64,000 nucleotides of DNA, taken from contig OY970173.1 in NCBI GenBank assembly GCA_963707635.1, positions 3,008,001-3,072,000 on the forward strand, in the 5' to 3' direction. The notes beneath the pieces were generated by a model, which saw only the letters and a list, made by a program, of their open reading frames with translations, was not told the DNA's origin and searched no databases. Shown one piece after another: positions 1-9,802 of the stretch; positions within the stretch are counted from its first letter, which is position 1, and the number at the start of each line of letters is the position of its first letter. This stretch comes from Candidatus Latescibacterota bacterium. GTDB lineage: Bacteria > Krumholzibacteriota > Krumholzibacteriia > WVZY01 > JAKEHA01. Made by a program: the position numbers and the translations under genes.

Positions 1-456
1 GCTCGGATTCTCGGTGGTGGCGCCGATGAACACAATGGTGCCGTCTTCGATGTGGGGGAGAAACGCGTCCTGCTGGGCGCGGTTGAAGCGGTGGATCTCA
101 TCGACGAACAGCAATAGCGGCCGCTCGTCGACCGTGCGGAGTTTCCTCGCGTCCGCGATGACGCGCTTGACGTCGCTGATGCTCGAGGTCACCGCGCTGA
201 AGGGCACAAAACGGTTGCGCACGCGTGTCGCGATCAGCCGCGCGAGGGTGGTCTTTCCGCTCCCGGGCGGCCCCCACAGGATCATCGACTGCGTGAGCTC
301 GCCCGCGTCGAGAGCGGTGCGCAAGAGCGTTCCCTCGCCGACGATGTCCTCCTGCCCCACCAGCTCGTCGAGCGTGCGCGGCCGCATGCGGTCCGCGAGC
401 GGGGTGGCGCGCGCGGCGCCGGAGTCCCGGGGCAGAAGCTCGAACGGTTCGCTCAT
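1..456 (-). CDS. rarA: Replication-associated recombination protein A (AAA+ ATPase), truncated by the window edge
   Basis: Translated by hand from ATG at 456: MSEPFELL...PLADRMRPRTLDELVGQ...MILWGPPGSGKTTLA...FVDEIHRFNRAQQDAFLPHIEDG. These are the RarA/MgsA Walker A/B signatures. Not in the ORF track. Confidence 0.95.
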   Translation of the reverse strand, partial: MSEPFELLPRDSGAARATPLADRMRPRTLDELVGQEDIVGEGTLLRTALDAGELTQSMILWGPPGSGKTTLARLIATRVRNRFVPFSAVTSSISDVKRVIADARKLRTVDERPLLLFVDEIHRFNRAQQDAFLPHIEDGTIVFIGATTENPS

Positions 457-496
457 ATGGTTGCGCGTGGGTGCGCCGGCGCGTTCCGGCAGCCGG

Positions 497-1450
497 TCAT
501 TTGTAGGCCGGTTTGCGGTCGAAGCGGTGGTGGGCGGTGATCGTGCGCACGGTGCCGGACTTGCTGCGCATCACGATCGAGTGGGTGACGGCGCCCCCGG
601 GAACGAATTGCACGCCGGCCAGGACGTCGCTGTTGGTCACGCCGGTCGCGGCGAACATGGTGTTCTCGCCGCGCACGAAGTCGTCGATGCGCAATACCCG
701 GTCCTTGCGCGCGAAGCCCGCGGACCGCAGCGACTCCGTTTCCGCGTCGTCGCGCGGCTCGAACTGCGCCTGCATATCGCCGCCGACACACTTGAGAGCG
801 GCGGCGGCCAGCACCCCTTCGGGACTCCCGCCGATGCCCATGACCACGTCGATCCCGCTCGCGGGAACCGCCGTCGCCAGCATGGCGGTCAGGTCTCCGT
901 CGGGCACGAGCAGGATCCGCGCCCCCGCGGCGCGCACGTCCTCGATCAGGTTGCGGTGGCGCTCCCGGTCCAGAATGCACACCGTCAAGTCTTCGACGTA
1001 GCATCGCTTCGCGTCCGCGATATTGACCAGATTGTCGAGCGCCCCGGCCCTGATGTTGATGCGCCCGGCCGCCTCGGGACCGACCGCGATCTTGTTCATG
1101 TACGGAACGGGCGGGTTCAGCAGCGAATCCCGGTTGGAGACGGCGATGGTGGAGATGGCGTAGTTGCGGCCGAAGGCGACCGACTCGATCGACTGCAGCG
1201 CGTCGACGGCGACATCGACTTCGGGAGCGTCGCCCGCCCTGGCGGCCGACTTGCGTTCGTTCGTGGCAACGGTTTCGGCGTCGCCGACCACGACCCGGCC
1301 GACGATCTTGACCGATTTCATGACCAGACTGACCGCCTCGCGAGCCGCGCGGTCGGCGGCCTCGCCGTCGCCCTTGCCCATCCAGCGGGCCGACGCCAAG
1401 GCGGCGGCCTCCGTGACCCGGACCAGTTCGAGAGCGAGGTTGCGTTCCAT
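497..1450 (-). CDS. glpX: Class II fructose-1,6-bisphosphatase (GlpX) family protein with divergent active-site motifs
   Basis: MERNLALELVRVTEAAALA, PDGD, GIGGSPEGV, FAATGVT and MRSKSGTVR match the GlpX family. The GEG and DPxEGT motifs are altered (see findings). Confidence 0.85.
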   Translation of the reverse strand: MERNLALELVRVTEAAALASARWMGKGDGEAADRAAREAVSLVMKSVKIVGRVVVGDAETVATNERKSAARAGDAPEVDVAVDALQSIESVAFGRNYAISTIAVSNRDSLLNPPVPYMNKIAVGPEAAGRINIRAGALDNLVNIADAKRCYVEDLTVCILDRERHRNLIEDVRAAGARILLVPDGDLTAMLATAVPASGIDVVMGIGGSPEGVLAAAALKCVGGDMQAQFEPRDDAETESLRSAGFARKDRVLRIDDFVRGENTMFAATGVTNSDVLAGVQFVPGGAVTHSIVMRSKSGTVRTITAHHRFDRKPAYK

Positions 1451-1478
1451 GAACGCCCGGGCGAGGGCGGGTCTGACC

Positions 1479-1907
1479 TCAGGCCGGGCCGCTGCCGCCG
1501 GGCTCCGACCCCGGCGCGCCGACGGCGTCCGGTTTGGACCGAGAAACCAGCAACTCGTTCAGCTCGCGAGCCATCTGGTACTGGTGAAAAGCGAATATGA
1601 ACGGGAAGAGCACGTACGCCACGCCGAACGTGAGCAGGTAGGCGATGGCGACGATCACAAACGAGAGGAAGAACCAGTTCCACTGGCCCAGGTAGAGGTA
1701 GCCTATCGACCCGGCCAGCGGGATCCAGCCCAGCACGAATCCCAGGAAACCGGCGAGACCGGGGCTCTTGGCCTCACGCTGGGGCTTCAGGCGCGTCCAT
1801 TCGCTGTTTTCCAGGAACGTGGCAACCGAACTGCGCAGCCGGCGTCCGCAGTGGGGGCACAACTCCGCCTTCTCGTCGACCTCACGTCCGCAATGTTTGC
1901 AATACAT
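1479..1907 (-). CDS. Zinc-ribbon membrane protein (TM2-like)
   Basis: N-terminal CKHC...CPHC, then KSPGLAGFLGF..GYLYLGQW and hydrophobic helices. Confidence 0.75.
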   Translation of the reverse strand: MYCKHCGREVDEKAELCPHCGRRLRSSVATFLENSEWTRLKPQREAKSPGLAGFLGFVLGWIPLAGSIGYLYLGQWNWFFLSFVIVAIAYLLTFGVAYVLFPFIFAFHQYQMARELNELLVSRSKPDAVGAPGSEPGGSGPA

Positions 1908-1978
1908 AGTTACCGCCTTCGAACGGGTCGGAACCCATCGGACACTATTGCGTCACTACGAGAGGAGAGAGCCGTTTG

Positions 1979-3178
1979 TTACGGTCCGAATGCGGCAAGA
2001 TTGGCCCGGGCGGTGGCATTGGCGGGATCGATCACGAGCACCCGGCGCCACTGCGCCCTGGCGTCCGGCAGCATACCACTTTCGGCGAGAACCACGCCAT
2101 AGTTATTGAGGCGAGCCGGGTCGTCCGGCTCCAACCGCACCGCGCGGCCCAGGTAGTCGCGCGCGCGCGCGAGGTCTCCCCGCCCGCGCCACGCCATGCC
2201 GAGCACGTCGAACGCCTCGCCGAGCGTGGGCGGCATGCGATCGATCCGCCCCGACGCGCGATCGATCCTCCCCGCCTCCACCTCCAGCGCGAACGCCTCC
2301 AGCCCGGAGATCGCCTCCCGGTAGCGCTCGAGCGCCACCTGCGCCCGCGCGAGGTACACCGAATCACTCCACTTGTGGCCGTCGCGCGCGACCAGGGTAT
2401 CGAACTCCGCGGCGGCTTCCGCGTTCTTGCCCACGCGGAGGTAGTGCCGCGCGAGGTTGCGTCGATACTCGGCCGGGCCGGGCCCGCCCCGCCCCACGGC
2501 GGCTTCGAACCGCGATTCCGCGCGGTCGTTATCACCGATGCGTTCGAGCGCAAGCGCGTAGTTGTTGTCGAACGCGGCGCCGTCCATCCCGAGGAGCTCG
2601 GCGCGTCCAAAACATTCCACCGCCGCGCTGTCGTCGACGCCGGTCAACCCGATTCCGACCGCGGCCACGAAGGCCGCGTTGTCGGGCTGGATCTCGCTCG
2701 CCAGCCTCCACTGCTCCAGCGCGGTCGGCTTGCGCCCCAGCTCGCTGAGCGCGAGGCCGTAGTTGAAATGCGTGAGCGGATCCGTGCCGCCGTATTTGAC
2801 CGCGACCTCGAACTCGGTGAGCGCGCGGCCGGTCTTGCCGTGCTCCATCAGCACGACGCCGAGTTTCAAGTGTGGCAGGTAGTCGCCGTATTCGATGCGA
2901 ATCGCCTGCTCGTACGCTTTCACGCTGCGGTCGAAGTCGCCGGCCCCGCGATACGCATCCCCGAGCATGGTGAACACCTGGTCGTCCTTCGGCGACTCCC
3001 GCGCGAGCGGTTCGAGCACGGCAACGGCGTCTTCGAATTGCCGGGCCACGAGCATGTCTGCAGCGCGCTGGCGCGTCTCGCTGGCGAGCGCGTCCTGCTC
3101 CTGCGTTTCCCGTCGCGCGGAGGACGCGCACCCGAGCAGCAGCAGGACCGCCACTCCGACCCGAATCGTCGACGTCAT
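1979..3178 (-). CDS. TPR-repeat lipoprotein
   Basis: Start at MTSTIRVGVAVLLLLGC (lipobox). Many TPR-like repeats (LGDAYRGAG, HFNYGLAL, NNYGVVL). Confidence 0.8.
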   Translation of the reverse strand: MTSTIRVGVAVLLLLGCASSARRETQEQDALASETRQRAADMLVARQFEDAVAVLEPLARESPKDDQVFTMLGDAYRGAGDFDRSVKAYEQAIRIEYGDYLPHLKLGVVLMEHGKTGRALTEFEVAVKYGGTDPLTHFNYGLALSELGRKPTALEQWRLASEIQPDNAAFVAAVGIGLTGVDDSAAVECFGRAELLGMDGAAFDNNYALALERIGDNDRAESRFEAAVGRGGPGPAEYRRNLARHYLRVGKNAEAAAEFDTLVARDGHKWSDSVYLARAQVALERYREAISGLEAFALEVEAGRIDRASGRIDRMPPTLGEAFDVLGMAWRGRGDLARARDYLGRAVRLEPDDPARLNNYGVVLAESGMLPDARAQWRRVLVIDPANATARANLAAFGP

Positions 3179-3285
3179 CGGCGACACTATATCGCCGCCG
3201 ACAACCGGCTTACAGCCCAAACCGAAAACAAAGCGGCCCATCGTCCGTTCGGACGACGGGCCGCTGCAGCCGGTTCGACGGATGG

Positions 3286-3786
3286 TTACAGTCCAGGGCG
3301 CATGCGGATCATGGTCGCGCGGAGCCTGCCGAGCCGGATGTTGAGCCAGTGGGAACGCGGGAGAAACCCGAGCACGGGCGGGCGGCGAATCCCCATGCGC
3401 GAGAGCTCGGACGCAGGGGCCGGGTGCATCCGGTCGAGCTTCCACGCGGTCAGAAACTCGCCGTATGCCGCGCCGGTGTTGCCCTCGAGGCGGAACACCT
3501 TGCCGAGGTTGACGCGATTCAGCGGGTCGTTTGGACTCATGCGCACCGCCTTCTCGCAGATCCTGCGCGCCGACTCGTAGTCTTCGCTCTCCACCGCGAC
3601 GCACAGCCCGTAGAGCGACAGGTAGGACGGCTGCTGCGGGCAGATCTGGAGCGCCATCTCCAGTTGCTTTCGCGCCGCGTCAACCTTGTTGCGATTCAGC
3701 AACTCGAGTGCACGATTGAAAAGTACGTTGGACTCGTGGGTGCCGTTGCGCTTGTCGATGTCTTCGAGTGTCCCGACGCTGCTCAT
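3286..3786 (-). CDS. Small TPR-repeat protein
   Basis: Start MSSVGTLEDI with a GGGGG RBS-like sequence upstream. TPR-like helices (YLSLYGLCVA, RVNLGKVF). Confidence 0.75.
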   Translation of the reverse strand: MSSVGTLEDIDKRNGTHESNVLFNRALELLNRNKVDAARKQLEMALQICPQQPSYLSLYGLCVAVESEDYESARRICEKAVRMSPNDPLNRVNLGKVFRLEGNTGAAYGEFLTAWKLDRMHPAPASELSRMGIRRPPVLGFLPRSHWLNIRLGRLRATMIRMRPGL

Positions 3787-3873
3787 GCGATCGCCCCCGT
3801 GGTTACGTTGCGATGCGGCCGGCAATGCGGAGTGCACGAAATCGGATGGGAAAGGAGGCCGCGGGGATGGTCG

Positions 3874-3889
3874 AGCAATTCGTGTACCG
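3874..3889 (-). promoter_or_regulatory. Putative sigma-54 (-24/-12) promoter
   Basis: Minus strand CGGTACACGAATTGCT fits GG-N10-GC with TTGCT. Intergenic, about 90 nt upstream of the TPR gene. Confidence 0.55.
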
Positions 3890-3934
3890 TAGCAACCAGG
3901 CGCAACGGCGACGGGAACGGCGGCGAGCGGCCGG

Positions 3935-4993
3935 TTAGGGAATGGCGACGCCGCGCGGGAAATCGCGAAGCGTCTCGTCGGCGTGGAAAAGACCGACAAA
4001 CCGGTCGCCGTCCACGATCGCAGCGAAGGGCTTGCGCGCGTCGTGCAGGTACTTGTACACGCGCGTCGCCTCGGCGGCCGCCTCGGCCACCGGGAAATCG
4101 TAGCGCGCGATCGCCCCCAGCGGCTCCGCGTATCTGCCGTCGCGAACCGCCCGCAGCACGTCGGACGTCACCACCACCCCGGCGAGCGACCCCGATTCCG
4201 CCGCCAGCGCGTACGCCGCCGCGCTCTCGCTCCCCATATGCGTGGCGATGGTTTCGACCCGATCGCTGGCCGCGAACACTGGCGCCGCCACGTCGACCAC
4301 GTCGCCGACGCACTTGCCGGCGAGCCGCACGCGCATGCTTATCATCCGCTCCTCGAGCATCCCGCCGACGAACACGAACACCGCGATCAGGGCCAGCATG
4401 ATGAAGGCGGTATCGACGAACGCGGTCACGACGAACACGAGCGCCACCAGCTGGCCGACATCGCGCGCGCGACGGGTGGCCGCGAGGTACGGCATGCGCG
4501 TCGCCAGGGCGCCCCGGAGGATGCGCCCTCCGTCCATCGGATAGGCGGGAATCAAGTTGAAGACGCCCAGCACCAGATTCACCCACGCGAGATCCACGAG
4601 GAACCCCTCGCCGTGTGGCGGGGAGCCGGTCAGCGCGAGGGCGCCGAAGAGCAGACCGGCGATGACGAAGTTCACGATGGGCCCGGCGATGGCCACCGCG
4701 ATCTCCTGCCGCGGCGACTCGGGCAGCGATTCCGCGCGCGCCACGCCCCCGATGGGAAACAGCGTGATGTCACGAACCCGGATCCCGTAGCGCCGGACCT
4801 GGACGCAGTGCCCGAGCTCGTGCAGGACCACGCATCCGAAGACCGCCAGCACCAGCGCGGCGCCTTCCAGCGCGTCCCGCCAGGACCCGGTCCGCCCCGC
4901 CAGCACTGCGTACAGCAAGAGGATGAAAGGAAAGGTGGCGTGCACCCGGACCGGGATCCCGAAGTAGCGGCCGAGGCCGACGGTGTAGCGCAT
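3935..4993 (-). CDS. Site-2 protease (M50) with C-terminal CBS-like domains
   Basis: HELGH zinc motif, FNLIPAYPMDGGR motif, multiple TM helices. Confidence 0.9.
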   Translation of the reverse strand: MRYTVGLGRYFGIPVRVHATFPFILLLYAVLAGRTGSWRDALEGAALVLAVFGCVVLHELGHCVQVRRYGIRVRDITLFPIGGVARAESLPESPRQEIAVAIAGPIVNFVIAGLLFGALALTGSPPHGEGFLVDLAWVNLVLGVFNLIPAYPMDGGRILRGALATRMPYLAATRRARDVGQLVALVFVVTAFVDTAFIMLALIAVFVFVGGMLEERMISMRVRLAGKCVGDVVDVAAPVFAASDRVETIATHMGSESAAAYALAAESGSLAGVVVTSDVLRAVRDGRYAEPLGAIARYDFPVAEAAAEATRVYKYLHDARKPFAAIVDGDRFVGLFHADETLRDFPRGVAIP

Positions 4994-5129
4994 GCGACGG
5001 TTCCAACGCTCCTTGCGGCTGCGGCGCCGCCGTGCTAAAATGCTGCTACGGTGCGCCCCTACGCCACGTAACACGGTTTGCAGATGGTCTCTACCCTTCG
5101 CCCCGCCGACGCCGGCCGGGCGCGTTCCT

Positions 5130-6932
5130 ATGCCGTACCGGATTCATGCCCTGGCACGCGTGGTCGCCGTGGCGATGCTCGTGGCGCTCCCCGCCCCGGT
5201 CTCCGCGCTGGTTCACTACGACTTCGAGCAGACGCTCTTCAGCGAGGCTCCCGAGCCGGTGCTCGACCACTGCGTCGTGGAGCAGGACAGCGTCTATCAC
5301 CTCTTCTACCTTCGGGGTAACCCCGCCGTCAACATCGGACACGCGACCACGACCGACTTCATTCACTGGCAAGTCCTCACTCCGGTGCTGGCACCCGGCT
5401 CCTGGGACACGAGGCTGTGGGCACCGTGCATCCTCCGCCGGCCCGACCAGACGTGGCTCATGTACTACACCGGCGTCAACCTGGCCGGGGCGCAGCAAAG
5501 TGGCATCGCCGTATCCGAGGACCTGGCCGAATGGTTCAAGATCCCCAATCCACGCTACCACCCGGACCCGCTGTGGGCGCTGTGGATCGAAGACGGGTTT
5601 TCGCACGGCCGGGATCCGCACGTCATGGAGTACAACGGCCGCTACTACATGTTCGTCACCGCCAAGACCTTCTCGAATCAGGGGGCGGTCGCCTGCGCCG
5701 TGTCCGACGATCTCTTCAATTGGGAGGACATCGGACCGATTTACGTGCACGAGAACTGGCACGTGCTCGAGTCGGTGTTCATTCTGCAGCGCAACGACAA
5801 GTTTCACATGTTTTTCACCGAAGAGGCGGTCTACGGCACCTCCCAGATCATGTCGGACTCCCTGCTCTCCGGGTGGGACTTCTCTTCGCGTCGAATCATC
5901 GACCCCGGTCACGCGCCGCAGATCACCGACACCCACCTGGGGCAGATGTTCTCGCGGCATTCCGTCTACAACGACCAGCACGGAACGCTGCGCTACGTGT
6001 TGCGCTTCACCCCCATGATCTGGCTCGGCGACCAGGCCGTGGTCCCCAGGTGGCTGCCGCTCGGCAACGAATGGACGTTCGTGACGGGCGACGCCTTCTA
6101 CTACCAGCCCACGTTCGGCAACAACGCGTTCGTGCGCAACCAGGGATACCCGTCGTCGTTCGTCGGAGACGGGTGGATCAATACCTACGAGTACTATACC
6201 GGGCCGACGGGATACGGCCAGCCGGGCGACAAGTTCGGAGAGTTTAAGGTCGGTGTCATACGATCGTCGACCTTCTCGATCCAGGGCAATTCGATGAGCC
6301 TGCTCGTGGGCGGCGGCGACTACCCCACCAAATGCTATGTGGCGCTGGTCGACGCCGGGACGGGCCAGGTTCTCTACCGGGAGACCGGGCGCAACAGCGA
6401 CGTGATGGACAAGCGTTTCTGGAACCTGCGCCCGTACATCGGGCGGTCGGTCTACCTCGAGGTCGCCGACAGCTCGGCGGCCGTGTTCGGGCACATCGAC
6501 GTGGATGAAATCGTCGAGTCGTACGACCTGCTCCCGGGCAGCGGCGGCGGCAACGGCCGGATGGGGGGCCGCGGCCGCGCCTCTATCACCGTCTATAACG
6601 ACAATGTAGGCGGCGACGATCTTGCAAGCGCGATGGCGTCGCCCGCGCCCCAGAGCGCGCGCTTGTTCGCCAACGTGCCCAACCCGTTCAATCCGGTCAC
6701 GTCGATCGCGTTCGAGATTCCGCAGCCCGGTCACGTGCGCCTCGATGTTTTCGACGCCCGCGGCGCGCATGTGCGCACGCTCGCGAACGGGGCGCGCGAC
6801 GCCGGTCGCGGCGAGGTCGCGTGGGATGGGACGGACGCTCGCGGAGGCGCGATGGCGTCGGGCGTCTACTTCTACCGCCTGCTGCTCGACGGGCGCGAGG
6901 TCGCGACGCGCAAGATGGTCCTGCTCAAGTAA
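5130..6932 (+). CDS. Secreted GH32/GH43-like beta-propeller glycoside hydrolase with C-terminal FlgD-Ig/T9SS-like domain
   Basis: Signal peptide; GHATTTDFIHW, LWAP, YYTG, GRDPHV and LESVF motifs. C-terminus NVPNPFNPVTSIAF...WDGTD..G..MASGVYFYRL...KMVLLK. Confidence 0.75.
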   Translation: MPYRIHALARVVAVAMLVALPAPVSALVHYDFEQTLFSEAPEPVLDHCVVEQDSVYHLFYLRGNPAVNIGHATTTDFIHWQVLTPVLAPGSWDTRLWAPCILRRPDQTWLMYYTGVNLAGAQQSGIAVSEDLAEWFKIPNPRYHPDPLWALWIEDGFSHGRDPHVMEYNGRYYMFVTAKTFSNQGAVACAVSDDLFNWEDIGPIYVHENWHVLESVFILQRNDKFHMFFTEEAVYGTSQIMSDSLLSGWDFSSRRIIDPGHAPQITDTHLGQMFSRHSVYNDQHGTLRYVLRFTPMIWLGDQAVVPRWLPLGNEWTFVTGDAFYYQPTFGNNAFVRNQGYPSSFVGDGWINTYEYYTGPTGYGQPGDKFGEFKVGVIRSSTFSIQGNSMSLLVGGGDYPTKCYVALVDAGTGQVLYRETGRNSDVMDKRFWNLRPYIGRSVYLEVADSSAAVFGHIDVDEIVESYDLLPGSGGGNGRMGGRGRASITVYNDNVGGDDLASAMASPAPQSARLFANVPNPFNPVTSIAFEIPQPGHVRLDVFDARGAHVRTLANGARDAGRGEVAWDGTDARGGAMASGVYFYRLLLDGREVATRKMVLLK

Positions 6933-6985
6933 CCGGCCCACTTCTCCACTTTACCAGCGCGCGGAATCCACGTAGATTGGGCCTC

Positions 6986-7621
6986 ATGGCCTGTAGACTG
7001 GCGTGTGCGACCGCGGTACTGCTCGTCAGCGCCGTGCTCCCCGCGGCCGCCATGGACGCCACCGCCTCGAACGAACGCGTCGGCATCCGTTTCGGATACG
7101 AAGGCACCAACGACGGTCTCCACGACACCTTCGGGGCCGGTTGGGATGCAACCCTCTTCTTCACCGAAAGAATCACGACCCACTTTCTCCTCGACATCCG
7201 GTTGGGCGCCATCTACCTGGGAGACATGCTGACGACCGAGCTCGACGACGAAATCACCCACATGCCGAACGTGGTTTCGGAGATGCGGTTTCTGTATTTC
7301 AGCGTGGGGCCGATCGTGAGCGTCGCGCTCGGCGGTTCCAATACCGGCTATGCGAGTTTCGGCCTCGGCGTCTACTCCGTGAGTCTGCTGTTCGATTCCG
7401 GGGTGACGGCGTTCGACTTCAGCGACCAGCATCTCGGCCTCAACGGCGGGTTGGGGATCTCGCGGCGGATTGCGACCAGTTGGTGCGTCGAGATCAACAG
7501 CACCGTCCACTTTTTCGACGTCGACACTCAATCCAGCGACTTGTACTGGACGTTTACCGACGGCGCCGACAACCCGGTCCTGGTCAGCGTGGCGCTGGGA
7601 GTGACGCTCGACCTGCGCTAG
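6986..7621 (+). CDS. Outer-membrane beta-barrel protein
   Basis: Signal peptide, alternating hydrophobic beta-strands, GLGVY and GLNGGLG motifs. Confidence 0.65.
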   Translation: MACRLACATAVLLVSAVLPAAAMDATASNERVGIRFGYEGTNDGLHDTFGAGWDATLFFTERITTHFLLDIRLGAIYLGDMLTTELDDEITHMPNVVSEMRFLYFSVGPIVSVALGGSNTGYASFGLGVYSVSLLFDSGVTAFDFSDQHLGLNGGLGISRRIATSWCVEINSTVHFFDVDTQSSDLYWTFTDGADNPVLVSVALGVTLDLR

Positions 7622-9669
7622 TCCCGGGCGCCGCTGGTGTCCGCCATCACCGCGATTTCGAGTTTGCGAATCAACTCCCCGGCTTCGAGGTCGGACGGGT
7701 TGAGGGCCGCGTACTTTCTCATCGCTTCCAGCGCGGGGCGGGGCCGTTTCTGCGACGCGTACGCCATCGCCAGGTTCTTGTACCCATTCGCGTAGTCGGG
7801 GAATCTCTCCGTGGTCTCCAGGAACGTGGCGATCGCTTCGTCCACGCGGCCCGTCTCCGCGTAGGACGCGCCGAGATTGTTGTACGCCCGGCGGTAGCCG
7901 GGGGAAACTTCGATCGCCCTGCGAAACGCGGCGATGGCGTCGTCGTAGCGCTTCAGCTCGCGATAGGTCACGCCCAGGTTGTTGTAGGCCTGGGCCATCG
8001 TCGGGTCGTAGTCCGCCGCCAGACGGTACTCGCGAATCGCGTCTTCGCGAAGATTCACCCGGCGCAAGACCTGCGCGAGCTCGTAGTGGACCGACGGCCG
8101 GTTGGCTTCGATCGCGAGCGCGCGGCGGTAGTCCTCGATGGCCTTGAAGTTGTTTCCACTCTGTTGATAGACGATGGCCCGCTGCAGGTACCCCTCGGGC
8201 TGCCCGGGGAACACCGCGATCGCCCGGGTGACCTCACGCAGCGCCGGCTCGAAGCTGCGCAGCTCGCTCAATCGCCGCGCGCGGCGCACCTGCTCGCGGA
8301 ATTGAATCGTATTGGGATCGACCTCGAATATGCCGGGGTAGGTCGCGAACAGCAGCGCGAGCGCGCCCACCACGAACGCTGCCCCGGTCCGGAATGAGCG
8401 CAGGCGCGACGGCATCGCGACCAGCGCGTGCCCGGCGAACAGGCACAACACCGGCGCCACCGGCTCGCGATAGCGGCCCGCGATGAAGAACCACGCGATC
8501 GAGACCACGCCGGCGAGCACGTACCCGAGCAGGATTCCGTACCGGCTCCACGCGCGCATCGACAGCAGCATCCCGAGCAGGCCGAAGACCATGATGAACC
8601 AGAGCGGGACGAACAGAGCGCGCAACCAGGGCAGCTGCCGGCGCTGAACGTCGAAGCTCTCGATCTGGGGAGCCTCGTAGCCGTTGAAGTAGAGCGCGAC
8701 CTTGCGCGCCAGCAGTATCCCCCAGCGCGCCGGAGAAGCGTCGATCTCGTCGCGTGCGCGTCCGAACCAGTAGGCCGACACCTCGGCAGGGCTCAGCTCG
8801 CGCCCGGTCTGCTGTTCGACGAACCCGCGGGTGGTGACATCGTCGATGACGTCGACGTCGCGGACGGGGACGAACATCCCGGTCGCGTCGCGGCCGTTGC
8901 CGATGTAGAAATTGACGCCCGCGTTCGAGGCCACCGGCGCGAACGCGCCGCCCGCCATGGTGTTGTGGACGAGGGCGGGGAGATTCACGGCGAACAGCGC
9001 GAGGACGAACGCGCCCGCGCGCTGATAACGCCGCGGGTGCCGTTCCTGGAAAAGGATCCATGCCAGCACAAAGGCGCTGAACACGAGGACGCCGGCGCCC
9101 GCCAGCGCCGACAGCCCTAGCACCGCGCCGGCAGCGGCACAGCGCCCCGCCGACGCGGACGGGCGCGCGTGCAGAATGAGGAGCGCCGCGCAGTTGAGCA
9201 GCGCCCCCATCCATTCCGCCAGCAGTTCGCTCTCGTAGAAGGTGGCGGCGCCGTAGAGAATCAGGATCGACGCGCCGGCGAAAGCCGCCGACGGCCGGAA
9301 GAGGCGCCGACCGAGCAGGAACGCCAGCGCGACGGTCGCTGCGCCGCCGACCACCTGGAGCAGGCGCACGACCATGAAGTCGCGACCGACGATGGAGTAG
9401 ACCAGGGAGAGAAACAACGGGTAGAGCGGAGCCATGAACAGGGCATCGCTTCGGAGCAGACGACCGTTCGCGATGTCCTGCGCCACCTGGTCGTAGTACC
9501 TGGAGTCCATGATAGGCACGCGCGCGTATAGCGCGTCCGCGCTGTGCACGACGTAGACCAGCTTGAGCACCAGCGCCACCCCGAACAGCGCGAGCGGCCA
9601 ACGCGCGCCCTGGGCGAGGGTGCGGTCGGCGCGTTCGAGGAAACGATCGATGGCGTCGAGTGTCCGCAT
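7618..9669 (-). CDS. GT-C (GT39/PMT-like) membrane glycosyltransferase with C-terminal TPR repeats
   Basis: DSRYYD and APLYPLFL motifs, about 11 TM helices, NAGVNFYIGN loop, AYNNLG TPR repeats. Confidence 0.8.
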   Translation of the reverse strand: MRTLDAIDRFLERADRTLAQGARWPLALFGVALVLKLVYVVHSADALYARVPIMDSRYYDQVAQDIANGRLLRSDALFMAPLYPLFLSLVYSIVGRDFMVVRLLQVVGGAATVALAFLLGRRLFRPSAAFAGASILILYGAATFYESELLAEWMGALLNCAALLILHARPSASAGRCAAAGAVLGLSALAGAGVLVFSAFVLAWILFQERHPRRYQRAGAFVLALFAVNLPALVHNTMAGGAFAPVASNAGVNFYIGNGRDATGMFVPVRDVDVIDDVTTRGFVEQQTGRELSPAEVSAYWFGRARDEIDASPARWGILLARKVALYFNGYEAPQIESFDVQRRQLPWLRALFVPLWFIMVFGLLGMLLSMRAWSRYGILLGYVLAGVVSIAWFFIAGRYREPVAPVLCLFAGHALVAMPSRLRSFRTGAAFVVGALALLFATYPGIFEVDPNTIQFREQVRRARRLSELRSFEPALREVTRAIAVFPGQPEGYLQRAIVYQQSGNNFKAIEDYRRALAIEANRPSVHYELAQVLRRVNLREDAIREYRLAADYDPTMAQAYNNLGVTYRELKRYDDAIAAFRRAIEVSPGYRRAYNNLGASYAETGRVDEAIATFLETTERFPDYANGYKNLAMAYASQKRPRPALEAMRKYAALNPSDLEAGELIRKLEIAVMADTSGARD

Positions 9670-9720
9670 CACTTCGACGGCAACGTATCGTAAGCCCCTG
9701 ACACCGGCAAACGAAATCCC

Positions 9721-9749
9721 TTGACCGGGCGCGGCGGCGCGCCTAGCCT
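9721..9749 (+). promoter_or_regulatory. Putative sigma-70 promoter of pyrE
   Basis: TTGACC-N17-TAGCCT about 55 nt upstream of the pyrE ATG. Confidence 0.5.
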
Positions 9750-9802
9750 CGCGTACTCACGAAACGCCGCCAGCACCAGATGCCTCGCGGGAGATTCCAC
9801 CC

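Noticed and set aside
14..1600. Long + strand ORF (528 aa) and many similar long ORFs, e.g. 12590..14713, 28623..31187, 44001..45668
   Set aside because: Antisense or alternate-frame shadows of well-supported genes, expected in high-GC DNA. They are Arg/Pro/Gly-rich with no recognisable motifs.
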